Source: an uncultured virus (IMG/VR IMGVR_UViG_3300017783_005492)
Lineage: Duplodnaviria > Heunggongvirae > Uroviricota > Caudoviricetes
Virus record (IMG/VR): IMGVR_UViG_3300017783_005492
DNA length: 20,000 bases
Direction: 5' to 3' (one strand)
Below, piece after piece: positions 1-9,400 of the stretch. Under the pieces are notes generated by a model, which ran no database searches, had not been told where the DNA came from, and worked only from the letters and a program-made list of their open reading frames with translations. The position numbers and the translations under genes are program-made. The stretch's first letter is position 1; each line of letters opens with the position of its first letter.

Positions 1-2
1 GC

Positions 3-761
3 ACTGCGATTGGTTCTTCGGTTCTTTCTAGCACATACGCTAATACCACTCCTCCGAAAATTGGTAGGATTGAAAGTAAAAAACCGACGAAAATCTTAGG
101 GATAGATAAGATTGGTCAAAGGAATCCTTCAGAAAATTCTAAAAGAGTTGTACCTAAACCTAGAGCTATAGCTATTATTCCTGATCCAGTTTTTAATCCA
201 AACAACGCAGGAATAATTACTTCTAAAACAAAACTAAATAGAGGTATATCTCTTGCTAAATTCTTAGGAGGTAGAGGTGACCAAGTAACCCTTGATCATA
301 TTTCGAAAGAAAGTGATAAGCTTGATTTAGCAAGACAATTATATTTGCACGGAGAAGTTCTTAAAAAGATTTCTAATGACGAAGGAAGATTTAGAGATTT
401 TAGATTAGTGGTAGTTGAAGGTGTGTATAGAGCAGGGCCTGGCGAAACTTTGCAAACTGATACTCCTAATTGGCTTGCGTCTAAAGGAAGACGTGTAGTA
501 TATGAACTTATAGATGAAACTGGAAGCCAGGCTAGCGAAAAAACTTTTGATTTGGCAGTGTACCTAAAAGACTTTTTATTTTACGATAAGTTAACCCTTG
601 ATTACGACACCTTTGATCCTAGTGGATTAATTAATGCACAAATTATTATTGACATGCCTAAAGTAGGTGAAGACTATGACTGTGTATATGGTATGAATTT
701 AGAAACAGTGTTTAATAATAAGGTACAAACAAACAAAGAACTCATTGAAATTATAGTATAA
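3..761 (+). CDS. 3' part of a gene truncated by the window start; probable baseplate hub (gp5-like) or adjacent baseplate protein with a degenerate peptidase M15-like C-terminal domain
   Basis: The frame of the 345..761 ORF is open back to position 3 (TAIGSSVLSSTYANTTPPKIGR...GISLAKFLGG...LARQLYLHGEVLKK), so TTG 345 is not the real start. It lies directly upstream of gp25, where hub/lysin genes sit in T4-like phages. Motif spacing resembles phage M15 peptidases. Confidence 0.5.
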   Translation, partial: TAIGSSVLSSTYANTTPPKIGRIESKKPTKILGIDKIGQRNPSENSKRVVPKPRAIAIIPDPVFNPNNAGIITSKTKLNRGISLAKFLGGRGDQVTLDHISKESDKLDLARQLYLHGEVLKKISNDEGRFRDFRLVVVEGVYRAGPGETLQTDTPNWLASKGRRVVYELIDETGSQASEKTFDLAVYLKDFLFYDKLTLDYDTFDPSGLINAQIIIDMPKVGEDYDCVYGMNLETVFNNKVQTNKELIEIIV

Positions 762-764
762 ATA
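757..764 (+). promoter_or_regulatory. T4-type late promoter (TATAAATA)
   Basis: Exact gp55 consensus, overlapping the stop codon of the upstream gene, 22 nt before the gp25 ATG. Confidence 0.85.
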
Positions 765-786
765 GTACAAAATCAGAGAGTTCAAT

Positions 787-1230
787 ATGGCAACTAAAAT
801 ATTATCAAGAGAAGATGGAAACTTATCAGGTAGTACGCTGATAGGATCTAGATCTCAAGAATATGGTGACATTGACTTAACGTTTAATAATAAGCCAAGC
901 GGTGACATTTTCAAAAAGTCTGCGGCCGGGGCAGTTAAACAAGCTGTTAAAAATTTACTTTTAACAAACTTTAATGAAAAACCTTTTAGGCCTAACTTTG
1001 GTGGAGATCTAAATAATCTTTTATTTGAATTGGCTGATGAAGATATTGATTACGATGTTGAAGAACAAATTATAAGAGCAGTAGAAAACTTTGAGCCACG
1101 TGCTAAAATTCTAAAGGTAGAATCTAATACACAGCTTGATAGAAATGAATTAAAAGTAAAGGTTACTTTTCTTGTAAAAAACCTCAACGAGGTCGTAGAA
1201 TTTGAAACCGCATTGTCGAGGTTGAGATAA
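787..1230 (+). CDS. gp25: baseplate wedge subunit gp25 (GPW/gp25 family)
   Basis: 147 aa with DIDLTF...AVKQAVKNLLLTNFNEKPFRPNFGGDL...LFE...IIRAVENFEPRAKI, the typical gp25 signature; immediately precedes gp6. Confidence 0.93.
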   Translation: MATKILSREDGNLSGSTLIGSRSQEYGDIDLTFNNKPSGDIFKKSAAGAVKQAVKNLLLTNFNEKPFRPNFGGDLNNLLFELADEDIDYDVEEQIIRAVENFEPRAKILKVESNTQLDRNELKVKVTFLVKNLNEVVEFETALSRLR

Positions 1231-3069
1231 ATGGCAGTAACTAACATTGAATCTACCCAGCTAGATTTTCAACAAATTAAGCAAAGATTAAAAACATATC
1301 TTGCTTCCGATAACGAGTTTCAAGATTATAATTTTGAAGCTTCAGGCCTAAGCAATATTCTTGATGTTCTTGCATACAACACACACTTTAATGGTCTTAT
1401 TGCAAACTTTGCTTTGAATGAAGCATTCCTTAATACTGCTCAACTTAGATCTTCAATTGTTTCTCATGCTCAAGGATTAGGTTACTCACCTAGATCCAAA
1501 ACATCTTCTCAAACAAATGTAAATCTTACTCTTAATCTTGCTGGTGTTTCTAATAGAAACACTACATATATTCTTCCAGCCTTTACGCTATTTACCACAT
1601 CTATTAATGACATAACTTATACGTTTCAAACAACTGAATCTTTAACTGCTACAGATAATGGCTCAGGTCTATATGAATTTTCTGACGTTAATGGAAATAA
1701 AAATGTCATTCTATTTGAAGGTACTAAAAGAACTAAAAAGTTTTATGTTGGTAAAGTTGGTGAAAGACAAATTTATGTTATACCAGATTCAACAATGGAC
1801 ACTGCTACCACAATTGTAAAGGTTTTTGCTAATCCTTCAACTACAGAGTTTGAAGCGTACACACCAATTAGTAAAGCTATTAGAGTAGATCAAAATTCTA
1901 AATTTTATCAAATCACAGAAGCTCCTAATGGATTTTATGAATTAAACTTTGGTGATGGTATATCATTTGGTCAAGCACCAGAAACAGGTACTGTAGTTCA
2001 AGTAGAATATCTTTCTACTGTAGGAGCAGATGCTAATGGTGGACAAGTGTTTTCTCCAAGTTCACAGTATACTGTTAACGGACAAGGCTATGACTTATCT
2101 GTAACTACAGTTTCTAATTCTACATCTGGATCAGATAGACAAACAGTTGAAAGTATTAGATCAAACGCTCCATTGGCATTTGCTGCACAACAAAGACTTG
2201 TTACAGCAGAAGATTATAAAGCTATTATTCTTGCTAACTATTCTAACATCGTTGATGCAATTGCTTGGGGAGGTGAAGATAACATTCCAGCAAATTACGG
2301 AAACGTTTATGTTGGATTAAAATTTCAAGATGGTATTACTGAAGCAGAAAAAACTTCAACAAAAGATTCTATTACAAGTAATATTACAGATTTTCTTTCA
2401 GTGTTATCTATTGGTACGATATATGTTGATCCAATTGAAACATTTATTGAGGCAGTTGTTGAATTTAACTTCGATCCAAACTTAACAAGTGTGACATTAC
2501 AATCTACGGAATCTGTTGTTTATAGTAAGGTCAGACAATTTTTCGAAAGTAACTTAGGACTTTTTGGTAGTATATTTAGAAGATCTAATTTGTTAACGAC
2601 CGTAGACCAATTAGAAGAGTCTGTTATTAACTCATCAGTTGCTATTAAAGTTCAACAGAGATTTGAGCCAATATTAAATCAATCTCTTTCATATGAAATT
2701 AATTTTCCAGTTACACTTCAAGCACCAGACGATATAATTGAAACTGTAACTTCATCTACATTTAGATTTAACAATAAAGTTTGTTTAATCAAAAATAAAC
2801 TTAACTCAAAAAAGCTTGTTATAACAGATACTCTTGGAAACGTTGAAGTTGATAATCTTGGACAATACGATCCTGATAGAGGTAAGGTAGAACTAAATGG
2901 GTTTATTCCAGAAAGTATTACTTCTGGCCAAACCTACATAAAACTTTCTGTTACTCCGAGAGATCAATCAGTAATTAAACCCTTAAGAAATTATATCCTT
3001 TTATTGGATACTGATGCATCGTTTGCTTCAGGTAAAGTTGATAGACAAACGGTTGATGTGACACTGTAA
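1231..3069 (+). CDS. gp6: baseplate wedge subunit gp6
   Basis: 612 aa with LDFQQIKQRLKTYL...FQDYNFEASGLSNILDVLAYNTH...NEAFLNTAQLRSSIVSHAQGLGYSPRS, YELNFGDG and QQRLVTAEDY, all T4 gp6 hallmarks. Confidence 0.95.
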   Translation: MAVTNIESTQLDFQQIKQRLKTYLASDNEFQDYNFEASGLSNILDVLAYNTHFNGLIANFALNEAFLNTAQLRSSIVSHAQGLGYSPRSKTSSQTNVNLTLNLAGVSNRNTTYILPAFTLFTTSINDITYTFQTTESLTATDNGSGLYEFSDVNGNKNVILFEGTKRTKKFYVGKVGERQIYVIPDSTMDTATTIVKVFANPSTTEFEAYTPISKAIRVDQNSKFYQITEAPNGFYELNFGDGISFGQAPETGTVVQVEYLSTVGADANGGQVFSPSSQYTVNGQGYDLSVTTVSNSTSGSDRQTVESIRSNAPLAFAAQQRLVTAEDYKAIILANYSNIVDAIAWGGEDNIPANYGNVYVGLKFQDGITEAEKTSTKDSITSNITDFLSVLSIGTIYVDPIETFIEAVVEFNFDPNLTSVTLQSTESVVYSKVRQFFESNLGLFGSIFRRSNLLTTVDQLEESVINSSVAIKVQQRFEPILNQSLSYEINFPVTLQAPDDIIETVTSSTFRFNNKVCLIKNKLNSKKLVITDTLGNVEVDNLGQYDPDRGKVELNGFIPESITSGQTYIKLSVTPRDQSVIKPLRNYILLLDTDASFASGKVDRQTVDVTL

Positions 3070-4037
3070 TGACAACACAAACAGAAGAAGTATTTTTTAA
3101 TAGACGTAATCTTGTTTTCCATACAGACGTGGTTGAACAAGTATTGCCAGAATATTTTCAAAGAGATTATCCTAATCTTATAAAATTCATGAATGCTTAT
3201 TACTCATTTATGGATTCAGATGAGCTTACAGATTCTCTTAAAGACTTATACGCGATTAGAGATATCGAATCTTCTTCTGCTAAACAGTTAGATCAAATAT
3301 TTGCAGAAATTGCTCAAGGCGCATCAGCTTCATACTTTGCAGATTCGCGAGAAGCATTAAGAAACTTTGCTAACTTTTTTAGAGTTAAAGGTAGCTTATA
3401 TTCTGCTGAAGGTTTTTTTAGAGCATTTTTTAATGAAACAGTAGAAATTCAATTTCCAAAAGAACAAATGTTTAGAATAGATGATTCTTTAATTGGTGCT
3501 GAATCTCTTAAATATATACAAAACGCAGGATTATATCAAATTTTTTCTGTGTTAATTAAATCTTCTGTTCCAATTATTAGATGGAAAGAATTATATAGAA
3601 GGTTTGTACACCCTGCAGGATTTTTTCTTGGAGGTGAAGTTTCACTTGAAATACAGGCGCAATCCATATTTGATGTTAATGGAACACAACCAACAGTTGT
3701 GCTTATTGATTCTGCCTCATTGGCAAGAACAAGCGAAGCGTTTGCAACATTGGATGCTCCACAAGCATTCCATGAAGTAGTCGGTGAATTTGAAGATGGT
3801 ATTGACGGAGATAGCGATGTGACTAGAGCAAGGTTTGTACAGATTAATAGATATTCAAATATGTCTATTCAAGAGCTTATAAATTCTTATGGAAACTTTG
3901 CACCTGGAACTGACGGTATTTTGGACGTTAACTCTCCAACATTAGATGAAGATACAGGAAGAACTCCTGGATTACTTAAAATATCCAATGCGATTGAAAC
4001 AATGGATCTAGATCGCTTCGAACTGTATGATAGTTGA
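3069..4037 (+). CDS. gp7: baseplate wedge protein, short gp7-like
   Basis: Coupled to gp6 by a TAATG overlap. LPEYFQRDYPNLIKFMNAYYSFM, FFRVKGSLYSAEGFFRAFFNE and YQIFSVLIKS...WKELYRRFVHPAGFFLGGEV match the conserved N- and C-terminal motifs of gp7-like proteins in T4-like phages. Confidence 0.72.
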   Translation: MTTQTEEVFFNRRNLVFHTDVVEQVLPEYFQRDYPNLIKFMNAYYSFMDSDELTDSLKDLYAIRDIESSSAKQLDQIFAEIAQGASASYFADSREALRNFANFFRVKGSLYSAEGFFRAFFNETVEIQFPKEQMFRIDDSLIGAESLKYIQNAGLYQIFSVLIKSSVPIIRWKELYRRFVHPAGFFLGGEVSLEIQAQSIFDVNGTQPTVVLIDSASLARTSEAFATLDAPQAFHEVVGEFEDGIDGDSDVTRARFVQINRYSNMSIQELINSYGNFAPGTDGILDVNSPTLDEDTGRTPGLLKISNAIETMDLDRFELYDS

Positions 4038-4045
4038 TATAAATA
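4038..4045 (+). promoter_or_regulatory. T4-type late promoter (TATAAATA)
   Basis: Exact consensus directly after the gp7-like stop; AGGTGA ribosome-binding site and ATG 4074 follow. Confidence 0.85.
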
Positions 4046-4073
4046 ACAATAAGAATTTTCAATAGGTGATTGA

Positions 4074-5060
4074 ATGGCACGGCAAAACTTAGGCACTGGC
4101 AGTACCGCAAATGACGGTACAGGAGATACACTCCGAGCAGCTGCCACTAAAATTAACTCAAACTTTGTAGAACTTTACCAAAAGCTTGGTGGAGATTCTG
4201 ATTTATTGTCAGGTGAGTTATCTGTTACAGCAAACGGTATTCAGTTTGAAGGCACTACTGATGATAACTTTGAAACTACACTAAAAGCAGTTGATCCGGA
4301 TTCTGATAGAACAATTAGGTTACCTAATGCAGATGGTGAAATTATTACTGATTCTGCAACTCAAACAATAATTAATAAAACTCTTATTTCTCCAGTTCTT
4401 GGTGCACCTCAAATTCATGATTTAGATTCCTCTCATCAATATATTCTTAAAGCAGGTTCACTAACATCAGATCATAATGTTAACATCCCTTCACTTACTG
4501 ATAGTGATACATTTACATTTTTGAAGTCTACACAAACTTTAGAAAATAAAACTTTAGATTCTGCAACAATTAACAACCCAGCTATTACTGGAAAAATAAA
4601 TGATGTTAACGGTGCTGAGCTATTAAAGATAACGGCTACAGCATCAGCAGTAAATGAAGTCACACTAACTAATGCTGCAACTGCAGGAAAACCTGAACTA
4701 GCGGCGTCAGGAAGCGATACAGATATTAACTTAAAGCTTTCACCTAAAGGCTTAGGATCAGTTGAAGTACAAAAGATTGCTACAACTGTTACTGAAATGA
4801 CTTCTGCTGGTACTGCACCAAGTGCAACTTCTTATGTAATTATTAATATAGGAACTGCTTCAGCAATTGGTCTAGCAGATGGAACCACTATTGGAGAACA
4901 AAAGATTTTTACAAACAAAGGTGCTGGTATAGCAACTATCACACCTACCTCATTCGGTCCAGGCGCTGATATTGTATTGGACCAAACCGATGGTTGCATT
5001 TTAATTTGGGATAATACCAATTGGCAGATTATTGGCCAATACGGTGCTACGGTAGTATAG
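4074..5060 (+). CDS. baseplate wedge/tail-fibre connector-like protein (gp9/gp10-type N-terminus)
   Basis: N-terminus MARQNLGTGSTANDGTGDTLRAAATKINSNFVELY is the gp9/gp10 DGTGDTLR..KIN.NF.ELY motif, followed by fibre-like TQTLxNKTL repeats. Confidence 0.75.
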   Translation: MARQNLGTGSTANDGTGDTLRAAATKINSNFVELYQKLGGDSDLLSGELSVTANGIQFEGTTDDNFETTLKAVDPDSDRTIRLPNADGEIITDSATQTIINKTLISPVLGAPQIHDLDSSHQYILKAGSLTSDHNVNIPSLTDSDTFTFLKSTQTLENKTLDSATINNPAITGKINDVNGAELLKITATASAVNEVTLTNAATAGKPELAASGSDTDINLKLSPKGLGSVEVQKIATTVTEMTSAGTAPSATSYVIINIGTASAIGLADGTTIGEQKIFTNKGAGIATITPTSFGPGADIVLDQTDGCILIWDNTNWQIIGQYGATVV

Positions 5061-5068
5061 GATAAAAC

Positions 5069-6469
5069 ATGGCTGCGATTATTACAGATAGACTTAAAAG
5101 ACAATTCATTAATCATTTATTTGATGATGTGTTAGACTCTAGTAACAACTACTATGTTGGGATTGGAAGATCTGAACCTTGGGATTCCAACGATGCTGCA
5201 CCTACACCAATTAAGTCTCAAAGAGATGAAAGAAATGCACGCTTAGGAATGCAAGCAGTAAAGACTGCTGAAACAGTTTCCTTTGTTGTTCCTCGACATA
5301 ACTGGTCGTCTGGTACTATTTACAGCGCATTTGATGATGCGTATGCTGCATATCCAACCAATCCATATTATGTTCTTACAGATGAAAACTCTGTGTATAT
5401 GTGTATTCAACCAGGTCTAAACGCGGCTGGATCATCAGTGACATCAACGGTTAAACCAACCGGTACAAATTCTAGACCAATTTCGACTGCAGATGGTTAC
5501 ATTTGGAAATACTTATACACTATCGGTGCGCTTGATGGTACTAAATTTACTTCAGCAAATTTCATTCCTGTAACTAAAGTTAATGATTCAGCAGGAACTC
5601 CAGGATTATCTGCTTTGCAGGTTAACCAAAGGCTTGTGCAAGAAGCAGCAACTCAAGGAGAAATTATTTCTATACAGTTAATAAATGCTGGCAGTGGATA
5701 CACAGGAACTCCTACAATACAAATTACAGGAGATAACTCTGGCAAGCAGGCTGCTGCGACGGCTACAGTTTCAAATGGAATAGTAACTAAAATTGAAATG
5801 AATGATTCCGGAGCAGGTTCTAAAACAGGACATGCATTTGGATCCGGATACACTAGAGCTGATATTTCAATTAATGGTGGCGGTGGTACAGGTGCTACTG
5901 CTAGAGCAGTCTTTGGACCAGACTCTGGCGTTGGTGCAGATCCAAGAGAAGACTTAAGATCATTTTCATTAATGTTTAACTCAAGAATTGCTGGTGATGA
6001 AAATGATATTCTAAAAGTTGGTAACGACTTTAGACAAACACTATTGCTTAAAAATGTCGAAGCAGATAGTGCTGGTGGAGATGGACCACTATACGTTGCA
6101 GATGTTGGAAACACGTTGAATTATCTAAAACTTTCAACTGTATCAACACCATTTACTGTTGATAGAACAATCCTTGGAGCCTCATCCTCAGCTAAAGGTT
6201 TAGTTGATTTTGTAGATTCAAGTAGAATTTATTACCATCAATCAGAAGTAACCGGCTTTGGTATTTTCCAAGAAGGAGAAGTCCTCACTGAACAAAATGG
6301 TAATGGAGATGGCATTGTTGAAAACGCTGCCACTGATTCTGATACATTTGCATATAGATTCCCAGACGTAAATCCCTTTTCAGGGGAGTTACTATATATT
6401 GATAATAGATCACCAATTGAAAGGTCTAATGACCAAACAGAGGACATTAAAGTTGTGATTCAACTCTAA
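5069..6469 (+). CDS. gp8: baseplate wedge subunit gp8
   Basis: YYVGIGRSEPW, VVPRHNWSSGTIY, YYVLTDENSVYMCI, TADGYIWKYLYTI, NDFRQ and C-terminal SGELLYIDNRSPIERSNDQTEDIKVVIQL are characteristic of gp8 in T4-like phages. Confidence 0.9.
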   Translation: MAAIITDRLKRQFINHLFDDVLDSSNNYYVGIGRSEPWDSNDAAPTPIKSQRDERNARLGMQAVKTAETVSFVVPRHNWSSGTIYSAFDDAYAAYPTNPYYVLTDENSVYMCIQPGLNAAGSSVTSTVKPTGTNSRPISTADGYIWKYLYTIGALDGTKFTSANFIPVTKVNDSAGTPGLSALQVNQRLVQEAATQGEIISIQLINAGSGYTGTPTIQITGDNSGKQAAATATVSNGIVTKIEMNDSGAGSKTGHAFGSGYTRADISINGGGGTGATARAVFGPDSGVGADPREDLRSFSLMFNSRIAGDENDILKVGNDFRQTLLLKNVEADSAGGDGPLYVADVGNTLNYLKLSTVSTPFTVDRTILGASSSAKGLVDFVDSSRIYYHQSEVTGFGIFQEGEVLTEQNGNGDGIVENAATDSDTFAYRFPDVNPFSGELLYIDNRSPIERSNDQTEDIKVVIQL

Positions 6470-6484
6470 TAGGTAAAAAATAAG

Positions 6485-9400
6485 ATGGCTGTTGATTTTA
6501 CGAAAAAAATATTTTCGGATACATATAGAGACGATTTCAGAGATAGCGATAACTATCATCGTATTCTCTTTAACTCGGGTCGAGCATTGCAAGCTAGAGA
6601 GCTTACGCAAATGCAGACTATTATACAAAGAGAAATTGAAACGTTTGCTTCAAACATTTTCAAAGAAGGTGCTGCAGTAAATCCAGGTGGAATTACTATT
6701 AACAAAGAATACGAGTTTATTAAGCTAGATACTTCTGTAAATATTTTTAGAACAGACCCTAACGATTATAATAACATAGAATTTACAGGAGCAACTTCAG
6801 GAGTTAAAGCTGTAGTCATTGAAGCTGTTGCCGCGGGTTCAGTCGATCCTGCAACACTATATCTTAGATACACTAAAACTTCAACAGGAACTTCATCTAC
6901 TAGTCCTATTAGATTTACTCCTGGTGAGGAAATTTCTGGAGGAGGATTTACTCTTACAGTTCAAACAACAAACACTGTTGCTAATCCGTCATCAGGTATG
7001 GGTACCCGAGCTTCTGTTAATACCGGATCATTCTTTGTACAAGGCCACTTCGTTTTCTTCGAAGACCAATCAATCATTCTTTCAAAATATAGCAATACTG
7101 TAACAGCGACTGTTGGATTCAAGGTAATTCAAGATATTGTAAAAGCATCAGACAATGAAGCTTTATATGATAATCAAGGAGCAATTCCTAATAAGGCAGC
7201 AGCAGGTGCTGATCGATATAGAATTAGACTAGAGTTAATTGACAAAGCCAATGTTGATTCTGATGAAAATTTTGTTTTTTATGCTAATGTAATTAATGGT
7301 TCCGTTTCTGAATTTGCAAATGGAACAAATCAATATGCAAAAATTGCAGACTATGTTTCACAAAGAGCATATGAAACAAATGGTAACTTTAGTGCTAAGC
7401 AGTTTAGAGTTAAATTTGACGAGAATGATTCTGATAACACTAAACTTGATGTAGATGTTTCTGCTGGTGTGGCTTATGTTAATGGCTATCGCGCTGAAAG
7501 CATGATTCCTAAAACAATTACTATTAATAAAGCACAAGAAACTACTGATCTTAATAACCAGGTTGTTGCTGCAAACTTTGGTAACTTTGTTGAACTTGAC
7601 TCAACAAACGATCCAAGACTAGAGGTGATGTTTAAGAGGCTTCCTAATCTAAACGCCTATCAAGTTAGAAATTTAAGAGATTCTGCTAATCACTTAGGCG
7701 CAACAATTGGTACTGCAAGAGCAAGATATATTGAAGAAGATGGTGCAGATTATAAGTACTATCTTTTTGATATTTCAATGAATAGCGGTAAATCATTTCG
7801 TGATGTCAAATCAATTGGTGGCTCAACTTCAGACTATGTTAACGTTAGGCAAACACGAGGTGAAACTGAACTTAAAGGAGCTATTAATAATAATCTTCTA
7901 TTCCCTCTTCCAAATAGTCGACCTAAGCAAATTACAGATATTAGTCTTGAAGTACAAAGATACTTTACTGGACAGTTTGACTTTTCTGGATCAGAAACAC
8001 TTACGTTAACAGCAAACGGTGAAACTTTCGCTTCTCCATCTGAGTGGATTTTTACTATTGATTCAAGTGGTAAAATGCTTACTAATAATGATGTGACTAT
8101 CACTGGTACTGGCACAGCAACTATTAATATTTCAGGCGGACCAACAACAACAAACTTTGAGTTATTAACTAAAGTTGATAAATCTCAAGGTACTGTTAGA
8201 TCTAAAACTCTAAATTCTCCTCCTACAACTGGACCAAAGGGTTTAGCAACCAATGGAACCTTTATTAAAACTACATTGGATTCAAATAACGTACTAGATC
8301 TTGCTAAACCAGATTTGTTTAAGGTAGTGCTTATTGCTGATGGTGAATCTGATGGCACAGATATTTCAAGTAGATTTATTGTTGACAATGGACAAAGAGA
8401 CAATTTTTATGCGCCAGCTAGACTAATTCTTAAGCAAGGTGCGGCGGAACCTGCTGGTAACGTTTTCTGCTCATTTTCATATTTTACACATGGTGCATCT
8501 GGCGATTTCTTTGCAGTTAACTCATATACTGGACAAGTAGATTATGCTGACATTCCAAACCACGAATTGTCAAATGGAACTGTAGTTAATTTAAGAGATG
8601 TATTAGACTTCCGTCCTCGATTGAAAGACGATGCGCTTGACTTTGCTGGTGGTACTGCTCGTATTAACGAGCTACCAAAGCCTAACTCTTTGATTAGATT
8701 TGATCAAGAAACTTATATGCCAAGATATGATAAACTCATTATCAAAGAAACTGGATTAATTGAAATCATTCCTGGTCAATCAGATCTTTCACCAAGATTT
8801 CCAGAAACACCAGAAAATTCATTAGAGCTTTATAAGCTTAAGCTAAATCCTTTTACTCTAAATGATTCAGACACTGACACTGATCTTATTGAGACAAAAG
8901 TATTTACAATGGCAGACATTGGTAAACTTGAAACTCGTATCGATCAATTAGAAGAAATAGCTACGCTTAATGCTTTAGAAACAAATCTAAGAACATTTAG
9001 TGTTTTTGATTCAACAGGTGCTGATAGAACTAAAGCTGGATTTTTAGTTGATAACTTTTCTGATCAACTAGCATCAGCAGTTAATAGTCCAGAATACGCT
9101 GCAGCGATTGATCCAAGAGAAGGAATAGTTAGACCTTCGTTTAATGAAGATCAAATCGGTTTTGTTTATGACTCAGATAAGTCAACCAATACAATTAAAA
9201 AAGGCGATAACGTTTATATTAAATATGATGATCTAAAGTTTATTGATCAGCCTTTATATTCTGGTACAATTAACGTTAACCCGTTTGCAGTTATTACTCA
9301 TACAGGTCGAGTTCTTCTTTCACCACAATCAGACGATTGGCGTGAAGTAAAAAGAGTACCACCAAGAATTGTAGATGGAGGATTCAGACTTAATCCTGCA

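Noticed and set aside
345..761. 138-aa standalone ORF starting at TTG 345
   Set aside because: The frame is open to the window start, so it is the tail of a longer gene.
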